Shown here in pieces: positions 27,210 through 36,488 of a stretch of 64,000 nt of DNA. The stretch covers positions 60,219-124,218 of the forward strand of contig JAQBRE010000002.1 of NCBI GenBank assembly GCA_028286605.1, read 5' to 3'. The stretch comes from Parcubacteria group bacterium (GTDB lineage Bacteria > Patescibacteriota > Minisyncoccia > Phycocordibacterales > Phycocordibacteraceae). The notes under the pieces are model-generated. The model saw only the letters and a program-made list of their open reading frames with translations. It was not told where the DNA came from and did not search any database. How positions within the stretch are numbered: position 1 is the first letter of the stretch; each line of letters starts with the position of its first letter. The translations under genes and the position numbers were made by a program.

Positions 27210-27247
27210 GGGTCTCATTGCAGAAATGCGTGAGACCCTTCGTTATT
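27210..27247. terminator. Rho-independent terminator
   Basis: GGGTCTCAttgcagaaatgcgTGAGACCCttcgttatt. Confidence 0.5.
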
Positions 27248-27309
27248 AGTTGCTGGCTGTCTAGGGATCGAACGTTGGGTTGGGTGGGTAATTTTGATAT
27301 AGTTTATAT

Positions 27310-27867
27310 ATGTCAGGACACAATAAATGGTCGCAGATCAAGCAGCAGAAGGGCGCGACGGACGCTGCGAAGAGTCGCACGTTCTCTCGCTTCAGCCGTT
27401 TGATCACTATCGAAGCCAAGAAAGCGAACGGAAATATGTCTTCACCGGGAGTCCTTGGTGCTATCAGCCGCGCAAAGGCAGCGAACATGCCGAAAGATAG
27501 TATCGATCGTGCGGTCGCTAAGGGAAACTCCAAAGAGGCGGGCGAGCTCGATTCAGTGGCCTATGAGTTTTACGGACCAGGCGGTTCTGCGATTATCGTT
27601 TCCGCACTTACGGATAATAAGAATCGAACCACGCAGGAAGTGAAACATCTTCTCAGTAAGAACGGGTATGAATTAGGTACTCCTGGCAGCGCGCTTTGGG
27701 CATTCACCAAGACGCCTGATGGTCACTTCACGCCGAACGAGCCGTTAATGGATGTTGCAGGCGATGATGAGGAAAAATTAACGACGATACTCGGGTTGCT
27801 CGATGAGCACGAAGACGTGCAGGAAATAACTACGAATGCACGCGGCTATGAGTCCACTGAGGAGTAA
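27310..27867 (+). CDS. yebC: YebC/PmpR-family transcriptional regulator (short form)
   Basis: MSGHNKWSQIKQQKGATDAAKS...; conserved GHxKWxxIK N-terminus. Confidence 0.85.
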   Translation: MSGHNKWSQIKQQKGATDAAKSRTFSRFSRLITIEAKKANGNMSSPGVLGAISRAKAANMPKDSIDRAVAKGNSKEAGELDSVAYEFYGPGGSAIIVSALTDNKNRTTQEVKHLLSKNGYELGTPGSALWAFTKTPDGHFTPNEPLMDVAGDDEEKLTTILGLLDEHEDVQEITTNARGYESTEE

Positions 27868-28345
27868 ACGGGTTCTGGGTATCGACCCTGGCTACGATCG
27901 CTTAGGATTGGCGATACTCGAAGGAGACGCGAGCAAGCCGACTCATATATGGAGTGATTGTGTTATTCCGCCAAAAGGAGAGAAAGAAATGCGCTTGGCG
28001 GCGGTATACACAGCGGTTAGTGACGCGATTAAGCAGCATGCGCCTGACGCGCTCGCGATTGAGACGTTATTTTTCAGTACGAACCGTACGACGGCATTTG
28101 GCGTTGCCGAGGCACGCGGTGCGGCGCTTGCAGCGGCAGGAGCGGCGCATATTCCTGTACAGGAATATGCGCCGCAGCAGGTGAAGCTCGCTGTAACCGG
28201 ATACGGCGCTTCCGATAAAGCTGCGATCGCACGAATGATTCCGCATCTCATTACCCTTCCAAAAAAGAAACGGTTGGATGATGAGTTGGACGCGATCGCC
28301 TTGGCGATCGCCGGCCTCGCTGATCGCGCTTCACATCGGGTTTAG
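27848..28345 (+). CDS. ruvC: Crossover junction endodeoxyribonuclease RuvC
   Basis: MSPLRSKRVLGIDPGYDRLGLAIL... plus ...AIETLFF... and a C-terminal acidic catalytic region. Overlaps the yebC 3' end as in the classical yebC-ruvC arrangement. Confidence 0.85.
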   Translation: MSPLRSKRVLGIDPGYDRLGLAILEGDASKPTHIWSDCVIPPKGEKEMRLAAVYTAVSDAIKQHAPDALAIETLFFSTNRTTAFGVAEARGAALAAAGAAHIPVQEYAPQQVKLAVTGYGASDKAAIARMIPHLITLPKKKRLDDELDAIALAIAGLADRASHRV

Positions 28346-28533
28346 ATAGTTTTCATCTTCACATCATTTCTGAATCTGCATCATATGATGGTTCTGGTAC
28401 GTATCCTTATCGGTAGCATTCGCTATCCACAGAATCGTTCCTGTGCCCTTGCAAAACCCTTCAAGGTTTACGAAGATACAGGGGCTGCCCAGCATTCGCT
28501 GGCACTTGATCAAACGTTAATTTAGATACCACT

Positions 28534-28704
28534 ATGGATGAAGATGAATTGGAAGACGGAGCCGTGATTCCCGAGGAAGAAGAGGACGATGACGCGCCGG
28601 TAATTCCCGGTGAGGAAGATGACGAGAAGAATGATGAGGATCTTGCGAAGCACGGTCTTCACGAAGACGAAGAAGAGGACGACGCACCGATACCTGCATT
28701 CTAA
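28534..28704 (+). CDS. Possible 56-aa highly acidic protein (below the track cutoff)
   Basis: ATG 28534 to TAA 28702-28704: MDEDELEDGAVIPEEEEDDDAPVIPGEEDDEKNDEDLAKHGLHEDEEEDDAPIPAF. The overlapping minus-strand track ORF (28532..28837) is Arg/His-rich and looks spurious. Confidence 0.3.
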   Translation: MDEDELEDGAVIPEEEEDDDAPVIPGEEDDEKNDEDLAKHGLHEDEEEDDAPIPAF

Positions 28705-28771
28705 GTATCGTTCGATGAGAGCCCCTGCGCGGCCATGCCGCGCAGGGGCTCTCGCGTGATATTATCAAGCA

Positions 28772-30964
28772 ATGAAGCGTCGTTCTTCTCGTCCCGAACG
28801 CACGAAGGCCCTTAAGGACCTCATCCATCATCCGCACCCATTCATGCGGGCAGCGTTTATTCTTGCCGGCATCGGCTTACTTATATTGGGTATCGGCATC
28901 CTGTGGGTCGCACTCACACCGATTCCTGCGCTCAACACATTCGATTCCCAGAAGGTCGCGCAGTCTACGAAAATATATGATCGCACCGGCAACACGCTCT
29001 TGTATGACCTCAACCATGATGTGAGTCGTCAGGTGGTTCCGCTCACAGATATCTCTCCGAATCTGCAGCAGGCGACCATTTCAATTGAAGATCAGAATTT
29101 CTATAAGCATGGCGCCGTTTCTTTTACCGGAACAGCGCGCTCGCTTCTTACCGACATCTTCACACTCTCCTTCGCACAAGGCGGTTCAACACTGACACAA
29201 CAGGTGGTGAAGAATACTATTCTTTCCGGACAAAAATCGATCATTCGAAAAGCGCAGGAATGGATTCTCGCCTACAAGTTCGAGCAGCGCTACACGAAAG
29301 CTCAGATACTTGAATTCTATTTCAACGTAACGCCCTACGGCGGCACGCTCTATGGCGCAGAGGCGGCGAGCCGTGCATTCTACGGAAAAGATGCGAAGGA
29401 TCTAGACCTCGCTGAAGCTGCATACATGGCCGCAATTCCGCAGCTGCCAACATACTATTCGCCATATGGAAATAATCGCGCGGCGCTCGACACGCGAAAG
29501 AATCTCGTGCTTTCTCGCATGCTCACGCTCGGATACATAACGAACGATCAATATAATCAGGCGAAGAATGAAGTCGTCACATTCAGTCGTCAGCAGAATA
29601 ATTCGATCATCGCGCCGCACTTCGTGTTCTATATCGAGCAGTATCTGGAAAATAAGTATGGTCCGGATGTCGCGACGCAAGGCTTGGTGGTGAAGACAAC
29701 GCTCGATGCCGACCTGCAGCATCAGTCGGAGACGATAGTGAACCAGTACGCGCTCGCAAATACGAAGACATTTAAGGCAAGCAACGCAGCGCTCGTCGCG
29801 ATTGATCCGAAGACCGGACAGATCCTTGCTATGGTCGGTTCGCGCAACTACTTCGATACGCAGATCGATGGCAACTTCAACGCAGCGCTCGCTTCGCGCC
29901 AGCCAGGCTCTTCCTTCAAGCCGTTCGTCTATGCCACAGCCCTGAAAGAAGGATATACGCCGCAAACGGAAGTCTTCGATCTCCCTACGCAGTTCTCTAC
30001 GAGCTGTTCCCCTTCAGACAACTTCAACGACACCCCTCCCTGCTACGCGCCAGGCAACTACGACGGCCTGTTCCGCGGCCCGATGACGTTCACCACCGCT
30101 ATCGCTCAGTCCATCAACGTACCTGCGGTTAAGGTTCTTTATCTTGCAGGTATTCCTAACGTACTGAATCTTGCAACGAGTATGGGTATTACGACGCTCG
30201 GCAAGCCAAGCCAATACGGCCTTTCGCTCGCACTGGGTGCTGCGGAGGTCCGTCTACTTGATCTCACCGATGCATACAGCGCCTTCGCAAATAACGGCGT
30301 ACTAAATGCATCGACCGGTATCCTTTCCATTACTGATAAAGATGGCCATACGCTTGAAGAATATAAGGCAGCACCACAGAACGTGCTTGATCCTTCTATC
30401 GCGAACGAGATGTCTGCGATGCTTTCGGATAATCAGGCGCGTCAGCCGGAATATCCTCCCGTGAACCCTTTCACCTTCCCTGGCTATGATGTTGCAGCGA
30501 AGACGGGTACCACGAACGATTCACGCGACGCATGGACGGTGGGCTACTCCCCTTCTATCGCAATCGGCGTATGGGCGGGAAACAACGACAATTCGCCGAT
30601 GGTGAAGGAAATTGCCGGCTACATCGTGGCACCTATGTGGCACCAGGTGATGCAATACGCGCTCACGAAGTATCCGAACGAAGTATTCCCTGAAGCTCCC
30701 GCGATTCCTGACACCGCTCCTGCAGCTCTTCGCGGTATCTATACCGACGGCACGCAGGTGCACGATATTTTGTACTGGGTGAACAAGAACACGCCACTCG
30801 TTCCGGGCAGCTCAACGGGTGATGGTCAGTATCCGTACTGGGAATACCCTATTGCTAACTGGCTCGCATCCGGCGGCAAGGTGGGCGCAAGTGCACAGAC
30901 CGCATCAACAACGAGCACCGCTTCAGGTGTTGGAATCGATGGTTCGAGTATCGGAGGTCAGTAA
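28772..30964 (+). CDS. Bifunctional class A penicillin-binding protein (glycosyltransferase plus transpeptidase), PBP1A-like
   Basis: N-terminal TM. GT51 motifs (...EDQNFYKHGAVS...GGSTLTQQ...), transpeptidase SxxK (SSFKP) and KTG(T) motifs. Confidence 0.9.
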   Translation: MKRRSSRPERTKALKDLIHHPHPFMRAAFILAGIGLLILGIGILWVALTPIPALNTFDSQKVAQSTKIYDRTGNTLLYDLNHDVSRQVVPLTDISPNLQQATISIEDQNFYKHGAVSFTGTARSLLTDIFTLSFAQGGSTLTQQVVKNTILSGQKSIIRKAQEWILAYKFEQRYTKAQILEFYFNVTPYGGTLYGAEAASRAFYGKDAKDLDLAEAAYMAAIPQLPTYYSPYGNNRAALDTRKNLVLSRMLTLGYITNDQYNQAKNEVVTFSRQQNNSIIAPHFVFYIEQYLENKYGPDVATQGLVVKTTLDADLQHQSETIVNQYALANTKTFKASNAALVAIDPKTGQILAMVGSRNYFDTQIDGNFNAALASRQPGSSFKPFVYATALKEGYTPQTEVFDLPTQFSTSCSPSDNFNDTPPCYAPGNYDGLFRGPMTFTTAIAQSINVPAVKVLYLAGIPNVLNLATSMGITTLGKPSQYGLSLALGAAEVRLLDLTDAYSAFANNGVLNASTGILSITDKDGHTLEEYKAAPQNVLDPSIANEMSAMLSDNQARQPEYPPVNPFTFPGYDVAAKTGTTNDSRDAWTVGYSPSIAIGVWAGNNDNSPMVKEIAGYIVAPMWHQVMQYALTKYPNEVFPEAPAIPDTAPAALRGIYTDGTQVHDILYWVNKNTPLVPGSSTGDGQYPYWEYPIANWLASGGKVGASAQTASTTSTASGVGIDGSSIGGQ

Positions 30965-31004
30965 GAAATAGTGAAAAGTAATAATGATCGAATATCGGTC
31001 ATTA

Positions 31005-31256
31005 TTACTTTATGGTCGCAACACGTATGCCGCGCTCTCCGAGCGCGGCTAGTATTTTTTCTTTGTTCAACAAGATCGCAGATTTCACCACTGGCGGCAC
31101 CGCAAGCACCAAGTCTGCATCCTTGTATTTCACTTGCTTCGGCGTAATAGGAATCTTCAAAAACTCTGTAAGCTCTTCTGCAATCGCGTGGCGAATCTGC
31201 GCATCACGCACGCCAGGAACCTTGTGATTCAATAGTAGGTCCGCGAGACTTTTCAT
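31005..31256 (-). CDS. Small DUF721/DciA-like protein
   Basis: ...KYKDADLVLAVPPVVKSAILLNKEKILAALGERGIRV... resembles the DUF721 core. Lies near dnaN, as DUF721 often does. Confidence 0.35.
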   Translation of the reverse strand: MKSLADLLLNHKVPGVRDAQIRHAIAEELTEFLKIPITPKQVKYKDADLVLAVPPVVKSAILLNKEKILAALGERGIRVATIK

Positions 31257-31368
31257 ATATAAAGTATACCTTTCCTTCTGGTTCGATCCCTAGTCTCCCA
31301 GCAATTTAGTATGTATAGATTTTGCAGATAGCAGATCGTACCGTTTCGAATAGTGCTATGCTTTTCCT

Positions 31369-31827
31369 ATGAGTACTGAACTATCGTCTGATTCCCTCGT
31401 AGAGGATTTCTTGAAGCAATTTCCAGAATTGCATGACGATTCACACCTCGACAGGGCAAACAATCACGACTTACCCTATGTATTCTTTGGCATGGTTCAC
31501 CAGATTCTAAGTAAGGCTATTACGGAAGATACTCTATTGGCTGAAAAGATTACAGAATGGCTAGATAGCGCCTTTGCTAATAACAAGGGAAACGAATCTG
31601 CTAGAGATTTGCTGTGGGTCTCATTCCTTGAAGCCACCGAACACAAACCAATGCACCGAGAGTTTTTACTTTCTCATCTTACCAGCGAAGGAAATCTGCA
31701 ATACAGACGATATCTCTATCTAATGGATAATGGTGGTTTAAACGATCCGAATACAGGAGAAATACTCAATTTCAGCAACGGGAATGAATCTGGTAAGACT
31801 GGTAAGTTCCTCTCAGATATTAAGTAG
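31369..31827 (+). CDS. Hypothetical protein (AT-rich gene)
   Basis: 152-aa ORF with no recognised motif and lower GC than the neighbours. Confidence 0.5.
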   Translation: MSTELSSDSLVEDFLKQFPELHDDSHLDRANNHDLPYVFFGMVHQILSKAITEDTLLAEKITEWLDSAFANNKGNESARDLLWVSFLEATEHKPMHREFLLSHLTSEGNLQYRRYLYLMDNGGLNDPNTGEILNFSNGNESGKTGKFLSDIK

Positions 31828-31875
31828 TTTAGTTCCAACACCGTCCCAGACAGCCGACTTTTCTCCTAGGAACAA

Positions 31876-32466
31876 CTACTTCTCTCGCAAGAAAAACATC
31901 GCTGCTGCGTAGATTCCAACAACTATTACGAGTATTCCAATACCGATACCTAGAAGATTCACGAGGTTTCCGCTTACGCTTTCAGCCACATATCCGACGC
32001 TCATATACAGAAGCACACAGATGACGTTTCCAAGAATGTCGCCGGCAATGAAAGTACGAACAGGAAGCCGGACCGATCCTGCAAGTGTATTTACTCCCGG
32101 ACTTAAGAAACCGATGAGACGCGTAACGCTAATAGTGAGGATCGGATGCTTTTTCAGATATATTTCTAGTTTCAAATACGATTTGTGTTTCTTTTCAAGG
32201 CTTTTCTGCTTCCTTCTACTAACGAGTCTCCGTGCAATATAGTACGCACCGACATCACCAAGAACGCTTGCACTGAACGCAACGCCTGCAGCGACGAAGA
32301 AATTAAAATGAACGCCATCTTGAGAGATGTGCGAAAGCACTCCAGCAGCAAGAATCGCGACGTTCGAAGGAAGCGGCAGATACAGACCACCCAGAAGAAG
32401 AAATCCAGCTAGGGCGAAATACCCGTAATGCAAAAACCAAGGAAGTAGTCCTCCGAAAGAATTCAT
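31876..32466 (-). CDS. DedA/SNARE-associated (VTT domain) membrane protein
   Basis: ...ALAGFLLLGGLYLPLPSNVAILAAGVL... with overall DedA topology. Confidence 0.8.
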   Translation of the reverse strand: MNSFGGLLPWFLHYGYFALAGFLLLGGLYLPLPSNVAILAAGVLSHISQDGVHFNFFVAAGVAFSASVLGDVGAYYIARRLVSRRKQKSLEKKHKSYLKLEIYLKKHPILTISVTRLIGFLSPGVNTLAGSVRLPVRTFIAGDILGNVICVLLYMSVGYVAESVSGNLVNLLGIGIGILVIVVGIYAAAMFFLREK

Positions 32467-32475
32467 TCCGAAAGA

Positions 32476-33576
32476 TTACTGATTCATCGGCATCACGAGA
32501 TACAGGAATGTATTATCGCCGACCCCTTTGATAATGAGCGGACGACCTATACCTGCAGCAGAAAGTGAAAGGTTTTCTGAATTCATAAGCGAAAGCGGTG
32601 CTGCAAGATACCGATGATTGAATGAAAGCTCTATAGGATCACCCGTAACAGAGGCTGGAATCGATTCAGAGGATTCACCGACATCGCTATTGCGCGCTGA
32701 GAACAGGATCTTCTTCTCCCTTGTTGCGAAACTGACACGTACTTTCTGGAATGAGTCAGAGAATATAGCCGTTCTGCGAAGAGAAGCCTCGAAATCCTTT
32801 CGAAGGAGCGTCGCTTCAGAAACGAACTGCTTAGGAATTATCTGCGTGTAATCCGGATACGGAACGGTAACGAGACGCGTCGTAACAATGCCGCCTGGCC
32901 ACGAGAATGCGCACTGATGTTCATCGATAAGAACCTCTACGTCGTCGTCCGGAAGCGTCTGTACGATATCGATCGCATTCTTGGCGGGAATAAGTATTGA
33001 AAACGGCGCGACGGTGCCGGGTACCGCTATCTTTTTCTCTGCAAGACGGAACGAATCAGTCGCAACCGCCTTAACGACACCACCTTCTGCAGAAAGAAGT
33101 ACCGATGCGAGTTCAGGACGAACAGTCGAAGGTGACGCACAGCCAGCGACCGTGAGAACGAGCGTACGTATCTGTATTCCCGGAAGCGTAAATTTAGCCG
33201 TAGGAGAGTCTGGGAATGGCAACGTAGGGAAATCTTCGTAGGCGAGAGTCTTGAGCGTGCTACGGCCCGCTGAAGAGGAAATAAGGACGGTGTCACCGGT
33301 GTGCTCGAGCTTGATTGCACCGGTACCAGAAAAAGATCCGGTTATCTCACGAAGAGTAGTTGCAGGAAGTGCGACGACGCCTGGCTGCTCGATCGTTCCT
33401 CCCACTTTGAAATCGATACCGGTCTCAAGGTTCGTTGCGCGCAGTTTGATACCGTCATCCCCCGCGACGATAGCGATGCCTGCGAGAACGGGTAGCGTAG
33501 CAGACTTTCGCTCTGCGAATCGAGCGACTCTGCTAACTGCTTCTGAGAACTCCTTTTTTTCTATATTGATAATCAT
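32476..33576 (-). CDS. dnaN: DNA polymerase III beta subunit (sliding clamp)
   Basis: 366 aa, three-domain clamp pattern, immediately downstream of dnaA. Confidence 0.9.
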   Translation of the reverse strand: MIINIEKKEFSEAVSRVARFAERKSATLPVLAGIAIVAGDDGIKLRATNLETGIDFKVGGTIEQPGVVALPATTLREITGSFSGTGAIKLEHTGDTVLISSSAGRSTLKTLAYEDFPTLPFPDSPTAKFTLPGIQIRTLVLTVAGCASPSTVRPELASVLLSAEGGVVKAVATDSFRLAEKKIAVPGTVAPFSILIPAKNAIDIVQTLPDDDVEVLIDEHQCAFSWPGGIVTTRLVTVPYPDYTQIIPKQFVSEATLLRKDFEASLRRTAIFSDSFQKVRVSFATREKKILFSARNSDVGESSESIPASVTGDPIELSFNHRYLAAPLSLMNSENLSLSAAGIGRPLIIKGVGDNTFLYLVMPMNQ

Positions 33577-33816
33577 AAATGCTTATTATTAGGGGTGTGG
33601 ATACTGGGGAAAGAGCATTATCTCTAGTATATACGGTCTGGAATGGGTGTGCTCGTTATTCGGAAGCTGTGGGTACAGGCGTATAAGTCGGGTGTATAAA
33701 CGGGTGCTGGATTTTCTTCCCGAAGTTATCAGTCTTCTCTACCCTGCTTGTCCCCATCCTTGCTACCCCTGTTATCTCCAGCTTCTCCACATCTTTTCCC
33801 CAGAACTTATTCACAC
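33577..33816. promoter_or_regulatory. dnaA-dnaN intergenic region with several DnaA-box-like 9-mers (candidate oriC component)
   Basis: TGTGGATAC at 33596-33604, TTATCTCCA at 33772-33780, TTATTCACA at 33807-33815. Confidence 0.45.
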
Positions 33817-35169
33817 TCAAACAAGCAGAGTGCGAATGTCCTGAATCTCTTTCGCGAGTTCTGCATCCTCTGCGACTTCGCGCTTCACCTTTTCACATGA
33901 GTGAATGACAGTGGTGTGGTCACGTCCACCAAGCTTATTGCCGATAGTCGGATACGAGACGCTGAAGTCTTCACGAAGGATATACATGATCACTTGGCGA
34001 GGACGCACCACTTCCCTTCTACGGGTCTTCTCATAGATACTTTCCTCCTCGATGCCGTAGAACTCAGCAATTTTCGATACGACATGTTTAACCGATACTG
34101 TTTTGGAAGGACGAGAGAACGAACGGAGCGATTGTCGAACTTCAGCGATGTCTGGCGGCGTACCTTTTACCTGCGTATGGCAAACAACCGAGTTAAGAAC
34201 ACCCTCCAATTCACGGATAGAACCTGAAACAGAAGTAGCGATGTACTCAGACACCTCATCAGAGAGCATTACGCCGCTCATAGCAGCCTTCTTGCGTACG
34301 ATCTCGATACGAGACTCCATATCCGGCTCACCGATGTCTACGGTCATACCAGAAAGGAAACGGCCACGAAGGCGATCCATGATGTCAGGAATGTTTCCAG
34401 GTGCGCGGTCCGAGGAGAATACGATTTGCTTGTTGTTGTCGTACAGATGATTGAAAAGATGGAAGAGTTCCTCCTGGAATTTATCCTTCTTCGAAAGAAA
34501 CTGGACATCGTCCATAATCAGGAGGTCATACTGGCGATACTTTTCCTTAAAACGGTTCGCCGTACCGAGTTGAAGCGAGTCGGTGAAGTCCGTACCGAAC
34601 TTCTCGCTCGTTAGATAGAAGACTTTTCGGTTCGGATAGAGCTTCTTGTAGTGATTCCCTATCGCCTGAATGAGGTGCGTCTTTCCACGACCGGTATCTC
34701 CGTAGATAAAGAGAGGGTTGTACGTGATTCCAGGGCGCTCGATAGCCGCGCGAGCCGCCATATTGGCCACTTGGTTGAACGAACCGACGACGAACGTATC
34801 AAAGGTGTAGCGCGGGTTGAGATTGTCGCTCTTATTGATGTAAAACTCGTTGAGCGGGAGCTCCTGAGTAGGTTCGCGGCGCAGCCGCGACTCTTTGGGC
34901 TGCTTGCGCGCGATATCTTTTACGATCGTGTACTCGATATTCCTGAATTCGACAGAAACATCACGAACGATCTTCAAAAGGAGCGTGTTGAAATGCTTCT
35001 GATACCAATCCTTGAAGAACGGGCTCTGTACGCCGATGAAAACGATGCCGTCTTCGATCTTTATGATGGCGCTGGACTTGAACCACGTGTTGAAATTGGC
35101 AGGAGAGATAGAAAGTTCAACCTGCGTGAGGATGTATTCCCAAAGTTCATGCGGATCAGAACGGTTCAT
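33817..35169 (-). CDS. dnaA: Chromosomal replication initiator protein DnaA
   Basis: Walker A GDTGRGKTHL, AAA+ sensor motifs and a C-terminal DNA-binding domain (...VSYPTIGNKLGGRDHTTVIHSCEKV...). Confidence 0.95.
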   Translation of the reverse strand: MNRSDPHELWEYILTQVELSISPANFNTWFKSSAIIKIEDGIVFIGVQSPFFKDWYQKHFNTLLLKIVRDVSVEFRNIEYTIVKDIARKQPKESRLRREPTQELPLNEFYINKSDNLNPRYTFDTFVVGSFNQVANMAARAAIERPGITYNPLFIYGDTGRGKTHLIQAIGNHYKKLYPNRKVFYLTSEKFGTDFTDSLQLGTANRFKEKYRQYDLLIMDDVQFLSKKDKFQEELFHLFNHLYDNNKQIVFSSDRAPGNIPDIMDRLRGRFLSGMTVDIGEPDMESRIEIVRKKAAMSGVMLSDEVSEYIATSVSGSIRELEGVLNSVVCHTQVKGTPPDIAEVRQSLRSFSRPSKTVSVKHVVSKIAEFYGIEEESIYEKTRRREVVRPRQVIMYILREDFSVSYPTIGNKLGGRDHTTVIHSCEKVKREVAEDAELAKEIQDIRTLLV

Positions 35170-35274
35170 GCGGTCATTGTATCTCTGCCTGTGGATAACT
35201 CCAATAATTATGAAGATAGGCCGTTTTGTTGCATGCCAGAGCGCAACCTGTTAGTATCCTGTGTATAACTTCCT
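35170..35274. promoter_or_regulatory. Divergent dnaA / rpmH promoter region containing a perfect DnaA box
   Basis: TGTGGATAA at 35190-35198 and TGTGTATAA at 35259-35267, between divergent dnaA and rpmH. Confidence 0.5.
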
Positions 35275-35427
35275 ATGCCAAAGCGCACCTACCAGCCGAA
35301 GAAGCGTAAGCGCGCACGAACCCACGGATTCCGTGCTCGTTCCGCTACCCCCACCGGACGCCGCGTATTGCTCGCTCGTCGCCGTAAAGGCCGTGCAAGC
35401 CTCACGGTTTCTAAGAAAGTACGCTAA
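35275..35427 (+). CDS. rpmH: 50S ribosomal protein L34
   Basis: [50 protein letters not shown], a 50-aa ORF below the track cutoff. The track ORF 35261..35467 is in the wrong frame. Confidence 0.85.
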   Translation: MPKRTYQPKKRKRARTHGFRARSATPTGRRVLLARRRKGRASLTVSKKVR

Positions 35428-35756
35428 TGCTACCTCGCTCGCACCGCCTCCCTCGGGCCGGTTTTGAGCAGATTGCCGGCCTCAAGCGTTCCGCTAGCCG
35501 GCATTTTTCTATATCCTATATAGATAGCGCTCCGCTGGCCGGTGGCGCGGTGGTAGTGTCCAAAAAGGCTGCAAAACAGTCAGTGGACCGTCATCTCCTG
35601 AAGCGCCGCGTAAAGGCTGTGATGAAGCCGTGGTTGGTTTCAGGGCGGGTGCTGATAGTCCATGCTCGCACAGGTGCAATAACTCTTCCCTTTTCCGAAC
35701 TAGAGGCCGAACTGACGGCACTCTTACGACAATCGTTCGATTCCGGTACTATATAA
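35427..35756 (+). CDS. rnpA: Ribonuclease P protein component
   Basis: ATG overlaps the rpmH stop (TAATG). Basic 109-aa protein ...VVVSKKAAKQSVDRHLLKRRVK... in the classic rpmH-rnpA-yidC order. Confidence 0.85.
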   Translation: MLPRSHRLPRAGFEQIAGLKRSASRHFSISYIDSAPLAGGAVVVSKKAAKQSVDRHLLKRRVKAVMKPWLVSGRVLIVHARTGAITLPFSELEAELTALLRQSFDSGTI

Positions 35757-35759
35757 CCC

Positions 35760-36488
35760 ATGATCGGCCACTTCTTCACCATCGTTCTCTACGCTCCTAT
35801 CTATAACCTCCTGATATTCCTCGTGGATATCCTTCCAGGTGGCGATATCGGCCTTGCCGTCATCATCGTTACTATCATCGTGAAGCTGGTTATCGCGCCA
35901 CTCACTATCTCTGCACTCCGTACCTCGCGTGCGATGCAGGCAATACAGCCTAAGTTCAAGGAACTACAGGAAAAATACAAGGATGATAAGGAATTGCAGG
36001 CGAAAGAGACCTTCGCGCTCTATAAGAAATACAAGATAAACCCGTTCGCGAGCATTCTGACGTTATTTATTCAGCTTCCAGTAATCATTGCGCTGTACTA
36101 CGTGTTCCGTCACGAGGTCGTTAAATTCGACCCTACGATTCTGTACTCATTCGTGCATGTACCGGCCGTAATCTCTAATAACTTCCTCGGTTTCTTCCCC
36201 CTTACGGCACATAACATAATCCTTGCTGCGCTCGCCGCAATAACGCAGTTCCTGCAGGCTAAATATGCGATGCCCGTACCGCCTTCAACGGGCCCCGACG
36301 CATCTGCGAGCGAGCAATTCAATCGCACTATGGCGATGCAGATGCGCTACATGCTTCCGCTATTCATCGGATTCATCGCGTATATTTCTTCAGGCGCTAT
36401 CGCGCTGTATTTCATAACGACCGCACTATTCACGCTCGGTCAGGAACTTTTCATGCGAAAGCTGCCCAAGGTTGTCGTTGAAGACTAA
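35760..36488 (+). CDS. yidC: Membrane protein insertase YidC/Oxa1 (short form)
   Basis: 242 aa, multi-TM, conserved hydrophilic-groove region, directly after rnpA. Confidence 0.85.
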   Translation: MIGHFFTIVLYAPIYNLLIFLVDILPGGDIGLAVIIVTIIVKLVIAPLTISALRTSRAMQAIQPKFKELQEKYKDDKELQAKETFALYKKYKINPFASILTLFIQLPVIIALYYVFRHEVVKFDPTILYSFVHVPAVISNNFLGFFPLTAHNIILAALAAITQFLQAKYAMPVPPSTGPDASASEQFNRTMAMQMRYMLPLFIGFIAYISSGAIALYFITTALFTLGQELFMRKLPKVVVED

